The translations under genes and the position numbers were made by a program. A stretch of 64,000 bases of DNA, taken from the NCBI RefSeq assembly GCF_009834535.1, contig NC_045697.1:9612001-9676000 (forward strand), given 5' to 3'. Numbering within the stretch: position 1 is the stretch's first letter; each line of letters begins with the position of its first letter. Of this stretch, positions 11,993-24,639 are shown piece by piece. Source of the stretch: Camelus ferus (lineage: Eukaryota). The notes beneath the pieces were generated by a model that was not told the DNA's origin, did not search any database, and saw only the letters and a program-made list of their open reading frames with translations.

Positions 11993-14139
11993 TAGATATT
12001 GGGAGAGAAGCATGGAGCGGGAACCTCAGTCCTAGCATGCTTTGTCTTTCCAAAATGTCCAGGAGGACACAAATCCAACCAGAGTGTTCCAGCGTGAGAG
12101 AGGCAGAATGCACGTGATACACATTCATTGATGATACTGACGGTGCAAAGAATTTTACAGCCTCTGTCAATAGAACGCCAGCAACAGCTGGCTCCCCCCA
12201 GCGTCAAGTCAGCTTTTCCTCAGCAGCTCATGACTGGCTTCTCAGCGGCTGTTTATGTTTTCAGAATATTAAGCAGTGTTTAGTCACTTTCTCAGGGAGG
12301 GCTTCTCAGTGCGGTTTCTAAAAATGTGCTGAATGTGTTTCCAGAGAGGAAAGGCGCCAGAGGGCCTTTGGTGGGGTGTGCTGAGCCTTGTAATCACAAA
12401 CAGATGACAGAGCTTCCTGGCTCTGACTCCAAGAAACGAGTGAGGGTCCTGAACAATCTGCCTAGGTAAAACCACCATGGTTTACCCTACAAAAATGGTC
12501 AAAAATTGTCATGGACTCCACTGTTCTATCAAGTCCTTAACTCTCCAGGGGACTCAATTTTCTGATATGGTCACAGGGGCCCAGGCTTCCGCCTTGTGAT
12601 CAAGACTACATAGAAGGCCTGCCACGGCCTCAAGGCACCAATAAGGAGACCTCGCCCTACAGGGACTGCGCACTGAGTCAGGCCAGGTCCTTGGCCCCAT
12701 CTCTGTGTAATCCACCGGCACCTGCGAGCTCTTCCTTCTGCTCGGTTTCTTGGGGTGCAAGCAACAGAATCTGACTATTTGAACAAAGGGAGACAACATG
12801 CTTATTGAGTGGATGCTGGGCACCCTGAGGGACTATGGGATGCTTGAACAGTCTCGGGCCTCAAGGCCGCAGGAACAGGAAACGTAATTAGGGACCAAAG
12901 CAGTGGGACAGCTCTTCTTACAGCATCCTTGTAGTCGATAGATCTGAGAGCCCTGAGTGCTTGTCAGTCTTTAGTCAAGATACCAATTTCTAACCTAGCT
13001 GGACTCATCTGCCCTCCTGGGTAAAGCATAACATGGGGCGAGCACTCTTCAAGTGAGTGCTTCCGAAGAAGGGAGAGAAAGGATGGCTCTGAGCAGACAG
13101 CAGCAGCGCCACACGTGGACGAGGCACATGTGTGCAGAAGACTCACTGAATCTGGCCCAGAGACTCGCCTACCACCTCCTGCTTTCTCAGGGTCATGTTC
13201 TGGTTTCCCTTTAAAACCAGCAGGCCCTAAGTCTGTCTTATGCACCCAAACCATGGACAGTGGGCGTCAGAGAGAGAAAAGCCCAAAGAGAAGGATGCCT
13301 AGATAGAAATTCCTAAAATAAAGCCTACAGAGCAGGAGCAAGAATCTTTCATATCCCTGTTCTTCCATCCAAATCTAGCAGCTGGCAGATAGTCTAAGAC
13401 TCGTGAGCCTCGCTCTAACTCCTACAGGAGAAAGATCAGGTTTCTTAGTCTGGCATCTAAGACCCTCCGCAGCAGCAGTTTTCTACCCCCAGGATACTGT
13501 TCAGAGTGTTCTTTGGCTTCATTCTGGGTTTCCATGCTATCTTGTACGTAGGGTCGTCTTCGCCCTCAATGCATTACGGTGACTGGTGCCGATACCTAGA
13601 GGTACTCAGCAAAGCAAGGCCTCCTTGAGCCAGGAGAAACTCCCCTGCTTCTCCAAGAACTGGCCATCACATGGGCAGAGGATGGAAGGGGAGTCTGACA
13701 GACAAAGGGACCACAGTACCATCCGGGGATCACAAAAGGAATCTTCAGCAGCAGAAAGGAGGCTTATTAAGGGCATTGTGTCTATTCAGAGGAATAAGAG
13801 AAAACTTTTAGCGAGATTTAAATGTATACATTATTTTAAAAATAACAAATGTGACTGCGTTAAAAAGAAAACAAAATTCTAAACGCCACCCCCACAAAAC
13901 ATCCACAAACAAAAGAGGAGCAAGCATTGAAATAAATACTTGCAGCAACGGTGTCAAAGGCTGTTAGTCCTTTACTCCATGAGAGTTTATTTAGATTAAT
14001 AATAAAAGGAACAATCTTACAGGCAGTATATTTAATTGTCCGACAAATATTTATTGCACATCTATCATGTGCTCAGTTTAGAAAAATAAATACAAATTGC
14101 TTAGAATTATACGAACAGAAGTCTAACCTCAGTGATTTA

Positions 14140-14660
14140 ACAAATACAAACTAAAACAGCAGGATATTGTTTTTATTTCTATCTATCAGATTGGCAGCGA
14201 TTAAAAGGGATTACAAACATGGTTTGGGTAAGATTTGGGGAAAATGGATATTCATATGATGGTAATGGGAGTATAAACTGACACAACCTCTTTGAAGGTT
14301 AATTTAAAGTATCCTTTAACTCAGAAATTCCATGGCCAAGATCTCTTTTCCATAGAAGTACCCACACATGCACTCAAAGATACATGGCCAAGGATATTCA
14401 TTTCAGTATTGCTTGGAAAATAAATACAAAAAATAAAATGCTCCAAAGTGGACAGAATCTACATGTTCACAAATAGCTGATAGTGGCTCTAAGTTGTGAT
14501 ACATTTATATAAGAAAATACTTTGAAGCCATTAAGAAGAATGCCCTAGGATGATATAAAAGGAATGGTAGATATTAATATGAAAATTTACCCAATATATA
14601 TTATTAAGTTCAAAAAAACAGAAGACACAGAACAGTGTTTATAAAGCCCCTTCATTTATG
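14140..14660 (+). mobile_element. Old L1 (L1ME-like) fragment
   Basis: ctatcagattggcagcgattaaaa, gggagtataaactgacacaacctctttgaagg, aaatactttgaagccattaagaagaatg. Confidence 0.75.
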
Positions 14661-14697
14661 TGAGTGTATCAGATGTGAAGATAAGGGAATGTGTGTC

Positions 14698-14809
14698 TAT
14701 CTGTGTTGTAGTCTATTTGCGTAAGTTATGTGTGTGATAATTTCTATTTAATTTATCTGTGTTGTAGTCTGTTTGCATAAGTTATGTGGGTGATCATTTC
14801 TATTTAATT
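14698..14809. repeat. 56-bp tandem duplication (2 copies, 4 mismatches)
   Basis: Copy 1 14698-14753 and copy 2 14754-14809, both tatctgtgttgtagtct...tttctatttaatt. Confidence 0.95.
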
Positions 14810-16019
14810 TTGTCTATTTTCTATGTGTGAAATGCATGTCTTGCAATCTACTGATTTTGAGCAGATTAATTTGTTTTTGAAGCATCACATCCTTACAGAC
14901 CCTTTCTTATCTGAAGCCTCTAATTATTATTTAACTTTATTCCATATTTTTATCAAATTCTCACATTTTAATCCAGCCCTTAAACATACAACACATCCAA
15001 CAGAAATCTCCTTTTAACTTCCCCCATACCCAGCAAGTTCAGCATAATTTGTGCTTTTTTTTAATCATTTAAATATGAGACCTTTGTGTCTGGAATTATT
15101 AACTCCAAGAACTGGCAGTCCTGACAGAGAGAACCAGAAAGGTGGACTTGGGTCTTTCCCCAGGGACAGAAAGGCAGCTTCCTTTGAGAAAGAGAATTCG
15201 AATCCATATGCCCTAATAATCACACTGCCCCTGGGCATGACACTCAGTGAACAAAATCCCCAAAGTTGGACTGGTTCTGTCTGTTGGGTCCGGCCTATCT
15301 TTCTGGTAAGCATATCCCAGGAGACAAAGGCAGTATAGTTGGCTGGTCAGGTGAGAGCAGGTCATTGTGGTCCTAGAAAAATAGTTACCAGAATTTAGAA
15401 GCAGATATAGCATCCTGAAATGCCCTAGAGCCTATCACACCTGATTCATTCTTTCTCTGCTTTAGCTCACCTCCCAGGTTTAAGAACAGTGTCCCAGTTC
15501 ACACCCTTTACACAACACCCCAGAACACTTACTTCAAAAGTTAGGGGATCCCCAGAGACAGGAAGTCCTGCTGGAAAGGATGACAAGTGAGGCAGGGGGC
15601 CCCGGGCACCTGCTTTGGCTACAACATTCCAGTACCCTTTAGAGAATCAGCAGGCAGAGACTCACATACCAGGGACCACAGAGACGTTTTTTGAATTAGT
15701 GCCGGAAGTCATGACTGCAAATTACACGTTAGCACTTTCCTTTCATATTGTGTTCTTATTAATGGCTATGAAACATTGCAGCAGTCACCCCACAAGGCCA
15801 AAAAGCCTCATGAAAGGCACTATTAGACAACACAGCAGACGGTTGTCTAATTAGAAACATAATACCCCAGCTCAGCCCGGATCTGGGGAGTCACAGTGGC
15901 AGAGAGCAGAACAGCAACATAGCCTAGGAGCTGCGCGCAGAAGACAGTCATCCTGGTGGCCTCACTACAGCTTTGGGAGGGGAGAGGTCCCATTCTGAAT
16001 AATAAAAACTAATAGCAGC

Positions 16020-16260
16020 CACAGGCACTTCTGTCATGCTCACCGTGTGACAGAATCTGTTGGACGTGTTTTTATGTGATGCTCATTTAATTCTCACAAC
16101 AGCCCTCTAAGCCCTGTCCTACTTACTGCCACGTGTGAAGCCAGAAAGCTGAGGCTCAGAGAGATGGGGCCACTTGGCAAAAGCACCCAGCAAGTCAGTG
16201 CAGAGGTGGGGTGGCCACGGAACTCAGGCAGGGTGACTCCAGAGCCATCATCCCAACCTC
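16020..16260 (-). mobile_element. MIR SINE
   Basis: ctcatttaattctcacaacagccct...gaaagctgaggctcagagag...cacttggcaaaagcacccagcaagtcagtgcagag. Confidence 0.85.
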
Positions 16261-16764
16261 TCCGCTCTGCTACCGCTCTGTAACTTAACTGGGTGTCTCT
16301 CCACCATCCTGTGTCAGAGCAAGAGTAATGACCACCGATAATGGCCATCTGTGTTTGAAATGTTACTTATCACAACTGGATTTCTATTGCCTCAGTTGTT
16401 TTGCAAGAAGTAGAAAGATCACAGGTGGGTGTGGGAAATAGACTGGTCTTTGGAATTTTCTTAGTCACTTGCTTACTATGGAACCTTGAGCTACATATCT
16501 ATTACCTCTGGTGACCCCGTAGGTAGATATTAATTTATTATAATATTTTCTTAACTGGAAAAGGAGAATAAGAACCCACATCTTACAGACTGTGAAGATT
16601 AAATGAAACATCAGCAATGCACCCAGTGAAGGGACACACACAGCTGGTGCCCAGTATATATTGGTTCCGTCCCCTGTCTTAGCTCTTCCTTTTTCATAAT
16701 CCCCTTTCTACTCTTATTCCCCCCAGAACAGAGAGATGACGATAGAAAAGCACCGCCTCACTCT

Positions 16765-17035
16765 TCAGCAGCCTCAGGCCTTCCTTGGCTCTCAGCTGCA
16801 GCATTTCAATCTGTCTCCATGGTCACAGGGCATCCTCTGCTGTGTGCCTCGGCCTCACGTGGTGTTTCCCTCTTCTTATAAGGACGCTAGTCATGTCAGA
16901 TGAAGGCCCACCCCAATAACCTCATCCTAACCTGATTATGTCTGCAAAGATGCTGTTTCCAGACTAGGTACCATTCACAGGTACCAGAGGTTAGGAATTC
17001 AACATACCTTTTGAACAGAGACACAGTTCAACCGA
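16765..17035 (-). mobile_element. MLT1-like MaLR LTR fragment
   Basis: ctcttcttataaggacgctagtcat...tctgcaaagatgctgtttcca...cacaggtaccagaggttaggaattcaacatacctttt. Confidence 0.85.
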
Positions 17036-17759
17036 TGAGAGCGGTGTAAGATGGCAAACACAGCATAGCACAGCATTGCACCAGGGGAAACAGATAGATA
17101 ACTGAGGCGTGTGCTTGGAACTTTGGGTATATTTACATCCCTCATCCAGGAAACGTGAGTCACCTACCAATGCATTCTACGGAGAAGACAGCAGTGGATC
17201 AGGAGGCCAGCAGCAATGAGAAAAACTCCTTTCTCATAAGAACAGGAGGAGTAAACTTTTTTCCCCTAGTGTCTACCATGTACTGAATCCACTCCACTTC
17301 AACTCATTGATTCCTTCTCGGAGGTTACAAGTGAGGGAAGTGAATTGACACTTACGAACGATTAAGCAAATTGCTCAAGGTGAGACCACTGCTAAATTTC
17401 AGGGCGGGAACGTGAACCCAGCTCTGCCTGGCTCCACAGCCTGAGAACTGATGAGAGCCACTCAAGGGAGAGCCCATCAGAGCTGTTCAGTGTGGCACAC
17501 ACATAAGGAATTAAGGTCATTGTGGGCCTATTACTATGACCACCACGAGGAAACAGCAACCACTAGAGAGTGGATAAGCTCACAGAGGGGATCAAGGGTT
17601 ACTTACTCAACTGACCTGATTTCTCTAACCATCTTCCATCTTCCTCCCCTATCCTCAGATCCCATCTTATCTGTGGGTGCAGAGAGGGGGCAAGTCCTGC
17701 AATGCTTGTGCAGCTGTAGCCTATTAAGAGTCCCACGAACTGTCCACAGGGTGGAGTGC

Positions 17760-17985
17760 TAAGATGTGTAGAGTCCGAGTCTCCACACCTGAGCTGACAA
17801 CCCCACGGTCCTTTGCTAGCTCTGTGACCTCAGGTGATTTACCTAATTTCATGGAGCTTCTGTTTCCCTATTTGTAAAATGAGAATAATTATGCCTAGTC
17901 ATAGTGCGAAGATTCAGTTTGGCAACACACAGAACACCTGGTGCAGCACCGGATCCCTGGTATGTGTTTAACTAATTATAGCTGG
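17760..17985 (+). mobile_element. MIR SINE
   Basis: ctagctctgtgacctcaggtgatttacctaat...ctgtttccctatttgtaaaatgagaataat. Confidence 0.85.
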
Positions 17986-18187
17986 TGTGGTAAACTCCTT
18001 ACCTCTGTAAGGCAAAGGGCTCAGCTGTACTTCAGCTCTTTGCACTAGATCTCTGTAGTCTGACGCAGGTGGAAGGGGCAGAATGAAAGAGCGCTGCAAT
18101 CATAAAAGCACAAATGAAATGCGATTTTGCCCAAGAGAAGATATATTGCAAACCAGGTGGTGCAGAGCACAGGGAAACACAGGGACC

Positions 18188-18639
18188 CGTATGTTCCTAG
18201 GGTGGCCATAACAAAGTGACACAACTCATTGAGTTAAAACAACAGAGATGTATTGTCTCACAATTCTGGATGCCAGAAGTCTAAAATCAAGGTGTTGGCA
18301 AAGCCATGCTCCCACTGAAACCCCTAGGGGATAACTCATTCTCGTTTCTTCCAGCTTCTAGAAGCCTCAGGAGTTCCTCACCTCACCTGACCTATCACTC
18401 TGATCTCTGTGTCCATCTGTGCATAGCCTTCTCCTTGTGTCTCTGTGTCTTCACATGACTGTCTTCTTTTACAGACATCGGTCATATTGGGTTAGAGGCC
18501 CACCCCACTCTGGTATGACATCATCTCAACTAATTACTTCTAACAATGACCCCATTTCCAAGTAAGGTAACATTCTGAGGATTTGGGAGTTAGGAGTTCA
18601 GTATATCTTTTGTAGGAGAGGCAATTCAATCCATAACAT
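18188..18639 (-). mobile_element. MLT1B/C-like MaLR solo LTR
   Basis: gggtggccataacaaagtgacac...tattgtctcacaattctggatgccagaagtctaaaatcaaggtgttggca...caattcaatccataaca. Confidence 0.9.
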
Positions 18640-18764
18640 ATCATGTGAACCAAATTCAAGAAGGATGGCTTTCCACTCTCCCCTCCAGGACTCAGGCTAC
18701 GATCTGGCTAATGAGACCATTGAAACTGCAGACTCGGGACAGCTCATAATGCAAAGCTCTTTCC

Positions 18765-18885
18765 AATTTTGCGTATCAGTCACACTGATGGTTTTGAGAT
18801 CAGCCATGGTGGGAATATTCACACCATGACAACCAGCAAACACTGCTCAGAGAGGCTGCTATTTGACACTTACCAGCCCACAGCT
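18765..18885. mobile_element. hAT DNA transposon fragment (Tip100/Arthur-like)
   Basis: cagccatggtgggaatattcacaccatg...cagcaaacactgc...acacttaccagcccacagct resembles a recalled hAT terminal region. Confidence 0.45.
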
Positions 18886-19337
18886 ACCTAAGGGAGTTTC
18901 TTAGTTCATGTGGGATAGAAAAGAGCCAAAATGTGTGGGTTTCAGGAGATTAGAGTGGGTAGAATTGAGGAAGATTCTCCCACAAAGACAGAAAGTCCAT
19001 TCACCTAGCATTGGAAGTGTGCAGTGGAGGTCAGGAGTTTTCCATGCTTCTCTACAGACCTATGGTAAAGAGTGAAGCGGATAAAGGGTTGAAATACAAT
19101 ATGTGTTTTTTTTTTTTTTTACAAACGGGATCATGCTGCTTTTCTCTGGCAGAGACTTGTTTTATTCATCTTGAAAATTACAAAAATTCTTGAGCATGGA
19201 ACATGATGGGTGTTCCATATTTGTTAAACTGAAATATTATCATCTAATCAGAAAAGCAGGTTTTCTGCACCTTACCCCAATTTACCATCAACAAAAGTAT
19301 AAGTCTAGGTTACTGGCCAATTGCTAAACCAGAATGA

Positions 19338-21231
19338 CTTTTTTTCTTCCAGATTTATTGAGGTATAGTTGACACACAGCAGTGTACCAGTCTAAGGTGT
19401 ACAGCATAACGATTTGACTTACATGCATCATGAAATGATTATCACAGTAATTTTAGTGAACATCCATTATCTCATATAGATACAAAAATAAAGAAACAGA
19501 AAGGCAATTTCTTCCTGTGATGAGAATTCTTAGGATTTGCTCTCTTAACTTTTACAATATGCAGCAGTGTTCATTATATTTATCATGATTTGTATTACAT
19601 CCGGCATACTTACCTATCTTATAACTAGAAGTTTGTATATTTTGATAGCTTTCATCTAATCCCCCTCCCCTAACTCTTGCCTCTGGTCACCATAAATCTG
19701 ACATCTTTTTCTATGAGTTTGTTTCTTCATCGGTTTTTGAAGTGTAATTGACCTACAACACTATATTAGTTCCTATTTATATAGCATAGTGATTCAATAT
19801 TTCTATACATTTCAAAATAACCACCATGATAAGTCTAGTTAGGATATATCACCATACTAAGATATTAATATAGTTATTAACTATATTCCTCATACTGTAC
19901 ATTTCATACCTGTGACATTTATTTTGCAACTGGAAGTTTGTAATGCTTAATTTCCCTCACCCTCCTACACTGCTGGTGGGAATGCAATTTGGTGCAGCCA
20001 CTGTGGAAAACAGTATGGAGATTCCTCAAAAGACTAGGAATAGACCTACCATATTACCCAGGAATCCTGCTGCTGGGAATATATCCAGAAGGAGGCCTAC
20101 TTCAAAAAGACACCTGCACTCCAATGTTCATAGCAGCACTATTTACAATAGCCAAGACATGGAAACAGCCTAAATGTCCAACAACAGATGACTGGATAAA
20201 GAAGATGTGGTATATTTACACAATGGAATACTATTCAGCCATAAAAATGACAGCACCATTTGCAGCAACATGGATGTCCCTGGGGAATGTCATTCTAAGT
20301 GAAGTAAGCCAGAAAGAGAAAGAAAAATACAATATGAGATTGCTCATATGTGGAATCTAAAAAAAGAAACAAAAAACGAAAAGAACATAAATGAAAAACA
20401 GAAACAGACTCATAGACATAGAATACAAACTTGTGGTTGCCAAGGGGTGGGAGGTGGGAAGGGACAGACTGGGATTTCAAAATTTGTAGATACTGACAGG
20501 CATATACAGAATAGATAAACAAGATTATACTGTATAGCACAGGGAAATATATACAAGATCTTGTGATAGCTCACAGTGAAAAAAAACTTGACAATGAATA
20601 TATGTATGTTCATGTATAACTGAAAAATTGTGCTCTACACTAGAATTTGACACAACATTGTAAAATGACTATAACTCAATAAAAAAAAGTTTAAAAATGC
20701 AAATTAATTTCCCTCACCCTCACCTATTTCTTTCCTCCTCCTACTCCCCTCCCCTCTGGCCACCCCCTGTTTGTTCTCTGTATTGATAGCTCTGTTTCTG
20801 TTTTGTTATGTTTATTCATTTGTTTTGTTTTTTAGATTCCACATATAAGTGAAATCATACAGTATTTGTCTTTCTCTATCTGACTTATTTCATTTAGCAT
20901 AATACCCTCTAGGTCCATCCAATGGTCATCCTAGGTCAATCCAAATGGCAGGATTTCATTCTTTTTATGGCTCAGTAATATTCCATTGTATACATGTATA
21001 CAATGTACATTATGTATATACATATATACACATGCATATATCTTCTTTATCCATTCATCTATTGATGGACACAGGTTGATTCCATATCTTAAATAATGCT
21101 GCAATTAACATAGGGGTGCATATATCTTTTCTAATTAGTGTTTTTGCTTTCCTTGGATGAATACCCAGGAATAGAATTGTTATGACCCTTTTAATGTATT
21201 GTTTGATTTGATTTGGTAATATTTTGTTGAG
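19338..21231 (-). mobile_element. Older L1 3' region, interrupted by a younger L1 and ending in an isolated mid-ORF2 piece
   Basis: T-rich tail, then 3'UTR text (ttttgcaactggaagtttgta; tagattccacatataagtgaaatcatacagtatttgtc); minus-strand translation of ~21060-21231 gives LNKILPNQIKQYIKRVI fused to TILFLGIHPRKAKTLIRKDICTPMLIAALF. Confidence 0.85.
19961..20697 (+). mobile_element. Young 5'-truncated camelid-type L1 (ORF2 C-terminus and 3'UTR) with TSD
   Basis: ORF 19989-20360 is the L1 ORF2 C-terminus ([13 protein letters not shown]...CTPMFIAALFTIAKTWKQPKCP...WIKKMWYIYTMEYYSAIK) with no internal stop; AATAAA at 20678 and A-tail; direct repeat TTAATTTCCCTCAC at 19947-19960 and 20704-20717. Confidence 0.97.
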
Positions 21232-21289
21232 TCTCTTTGGTACCAAGTCCTTTTCTGCACTTACCCAGGATTTGTCACACAAGATCATC

Positions 21290-21705
21290 CCCATTTCACT
21301 CCTCCGGTTGGGTTTCTGTGATGGAAAAGAATCCTAACTAGCAGGACAGCCCTTGGCAGTTTGTCCCTAGCTTATCCTTCCAGCCTTGCTGTTTTGCTCC
21401 CCAGTGATCTGTGTTGTCACAACACCAGTGGATTCCTGGTCTCAGAATATGCCACAGTCTCCACACCTCAGTATCATTGCACAATCAGACACCTCTTCCT
21501 AGAACTCTCTTGTCCACTGGTTGAACTTCCACTTTTTTTTTCTTGGTTATTTGCTTCTTTGTAAGTTTTTTTTTAATGTCTTTCCCAGTGTGGATGAACT
21601 TCAAAGATCAAAGTATAAATTCACTGCTGTGTCCCTACCACCTAGATAGGGCTGGGGACATAATAGATGCACAGCAAATACTTTGTTGAATAAATAAATG
21701 CATGT
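21290..21705 (+). mobile_element. L2 3' fragment
   Basis: ttcactgctgtgtccctaccacctagatagggctggggacataatagatgcacagcaaatactttgttgaataaataaatgcatg (L2 terminus). Confidence 0.7.
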
Positions 21706-22782
21706 ATCCTTAAGATGGGAGAGAATGTGGTTATGATGGCAGGTCACAGGGTTTAACGTCATAATCTTGTTAGACTTTGAACTTACTGAGGACAGGCACT
21801 GAGTTTTACCTTTTCTAAAGCCACAGCCCTTCCTTCAGTGTCTAGTATATGGTTGGTACCTAGTGAAAATGTGCAGATTGACCTAGCCTGTAAGCTTTTG
21901 GGGCCTGGGGGAAGCCCCAGCAGCCCCTAAAATCTTGAAGGCACTTACTAAACACTAAACCTGTGTTTAGACCTAGATGACAATTAGCCTAGCTTTTCTT
22001 GTCCAACTACTTTCCTAAGTTTTTGGAAGAAATAATACATTACTTTATTGTTGATAATAGTAGCCTACATTTATTTCTTACTAAACTTGATGTGTATTTT
22101 ATGTCATTTAATCTTTATGAGAACTGTATATCACAGCTAATTGGTTTTCCCCTTTGTAGAGATTGAGAAACTGAGGCTCAGGACTTTTAAGCGATGTGCT
22201 CAAAAGCCCGTGGCTGTAGGTGTCAGAGCAGAACTAGAACCTGGGGCCAACAGACAACACTGCCTATGCACTTCACCACTCTGCCATCACCTTAGCTTAG
22301 CTGAAACTCTACAGCAGGCCCTCGGCTCACATTTAGAACAGAGATGTCAATGGAACACAACCCTTCCTTCAAAGGCTGGGGACTCCAAGGAGAGCAGATG
22401 ATGACATGTAGATAGATACATTAGAGTAAGACACAGGAAACAGAAACCTAATCCAAGCTGAGGACAATGAGTACAGAGGGATCAGAAAAGGCCATGGGGA
22501 CTAGGCCTGAAAGATGAGTAGGAGTTAGCCAAGAAAGGAACAGTGAAGAAGGAAGAACATTTTCAAAAGAGAAAACAAGAGCAAATGGCTAAAGACAGAA
22601 TTGAGTATAGTTAGGAAACAGCACCATGTGAGGTAGGGAGTGGAGGGGGGAAAGGCTACATCATAAGATGTCAAAGGTCATGAGCATCTCACCAGGGAGT
22701 CAGGCTATCCTGAAGATTCATGCATAGAACTAGTATAACTCAACCTCTTGGGTATAGGCTTTTGAATCAGGCAGATCGGGGC

Positions 22783-23330
22783 TGTTGTAGACTGGGTTCC
22801 CTGGAAAGCCAAGCAAAAGATAAGGGCTTCTGTGATTTTTTAAAAAATTATTATTATCTATTGCAGAAAGCAGGGAGGAAGGAAAAAAAGAGGTAACTGG
22901 AGGGTGGGCCAATAAAAATGCTTTAGCAAGCTGACTGCAGTGAGGTGTAACTGGTTGCTTGATCCTGTAGGGCTGTGTTCCAAGAAAATATATACAGTGC
23001 ATCTCTGCACAGTCTGTCCAGGGGAACAAATGGGGAGAATCAGACCACCTGATTCCAGACCATCTGATTCCATCTCCCACTGATCAAAGGTTTTCCCCAT
23101 GAGGCATTAATTCCCTGATTCTTCTGGGCTGGATATGCACAGGTAACTAGGGGCACTGCAGATTCGAGTTCACAAAGAAGCCCCAGGACAGGAGGCAGCA
23201 GGCACACTGCAGAGGGTGCCTGGAATAAGGCACTGGCAGGTGTCACCTGCATGAAGTTGGAGGAACTCACCCTGAGCTTGTTGCTCTCACAGCCCCTGAG
23301 ATGAGGCTGAGAGGATGTGAAGAGGTACAG
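22783..23330 (-). mobile_element. ERVL-type solo LTR (LTR16/LTR33-like)
   Basis: gactgggttccctggaaagcc...ctcccactgatcaaaggttttccccatgaggcattaattccct; internal 15-bp duplication cagaccaYctgattc at 23041-23070. Confidence 0.65.
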
Positions 23331-24050
23331 AAGTCGAATGCAGGCTCTCCCATCACTTACTGTCTGTTGTATCTTGTGTGCTGGTTAAAGACCACTCTAT
23401 GCCTCAGTTTCATGAAAATGGAAACAGTAATTATTTAGCTTCTGAGAAAACTCAAGTGCTTAGGACTGTGCCTGATACCCAGAAAATGCTCAGTAAAGGG
23501 CAGCTATTCTTACTATTACTGTCATCGTCAACAACGACAATATAATTGAACAACTTTCCCTGAGATGTCTGCTGTGAATCATTGCTGGTTTTTAATCTAT
23601 TGTTATACACACAGCAGTTTATCATGAAAAAAGCAAGAGTAACCTTGAGTTGTAAAAATAGAAATGCAGCACTTGATTTAAATCTCTCTGATCTCTGTCC
23701 CTGGCATCAAATTGATCCCTCTCCTTTAGAAAGCACCAAGAATGAGGACCCAGAAGGTGTGGGTCTCAGTGACACCCCTGCACACAAGCTGTGTATCCTT
23801 GGGTTATTCCACTTGCTACAACCCAGCAAATGCACTGACTCTTGGCAGACCCCAGTCTTCCCCTGGGAATCAAAGGTCAGTCTGGCTCTGCCTTCTGAGC
23901 ACATAGTCTAGAAGGCAAGTACAACCCTGAAACAGCTGAGTGTGATAGCGCGCAGTAAATCCTTCACAAGCATAACAGAGAACAAAGGGGCAAACAGAAT
24001 CACACGGGGCCTCTGGAAAATTGGTTTCTTCATTGGTCAGAAGGATGCAC

Positions 24051-24565
24051 CAGCATGTCCCAAAGTGTAGCTCATGGACATCTAGTGAAACTGAGACTAT
24101 TTAGGTGGTACACAGACAGGAATTTAAGTTATGCTGAATAATGTAGTGAGAAAGTTACTTTCATGACAAATGTCCATCCAGGAGAGAGCTTCACTCTGGG
24201 CCTTGCTAACCTTCATTTTTAATGAGAAGAGGGCAGGTCAATGGCTGAGAGCTTTTTTGTTGGCTGACTTTGTATCCATATATGATTTCATAACTTTGAT
24301 CTATTTCATTTTATTGTATATTTTCTATAACTTTTATGGAAGCATTACTTTCTAATTGAAGATTCTATTTTAAAAAATATTTAAGTCTTAAAAAGTAAGT
24401 TGATTTAAAAACATTTTGTAAAAATAGTACAGATGGTATGTAAATGTAAGGAAACAACTTTTTTACTACATGATTTAACTTAACTAATCACTTGGCTGGA
24501 TGGCATGCAAAAATAGCAAAACTTGGGAAGGTGGAATGAACGTGTCTAAAGTTTGGGAAATCCTG
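24051..24565. mobile_element. Non-autonomous hAT-Charlie-type DNA transposon with both TIRs
   Basis: Left end cagcatgtcccaaagt; reverse complement of right end caggatttcccaaact; internal ggtggtacacaga motif; right flank gaatagat is a weak match to the Charlie NTCTAGAN target. Confidence 0.7.
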
Positions 24566-24639
24566 GAATAGATTACTTGCAAGGGTTCCTGCTTTTTAAA
24601 TATCTTTTTGTCCGTTACACAAATATATATGGAAAACAG

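Noticed and set aside
14698..14809. CRISPR-like or functional repeat array
   Set aside because: Two adjacent copies without spacers in mammalian DNA; an ordinary tandem duplication
19989..20360. 123-aa ORF as a host gene
   Set aside because: It is the C-terminus of L1 ORF2 in a 5'-truncated insertion with 3'UTR, A-tail and TSD
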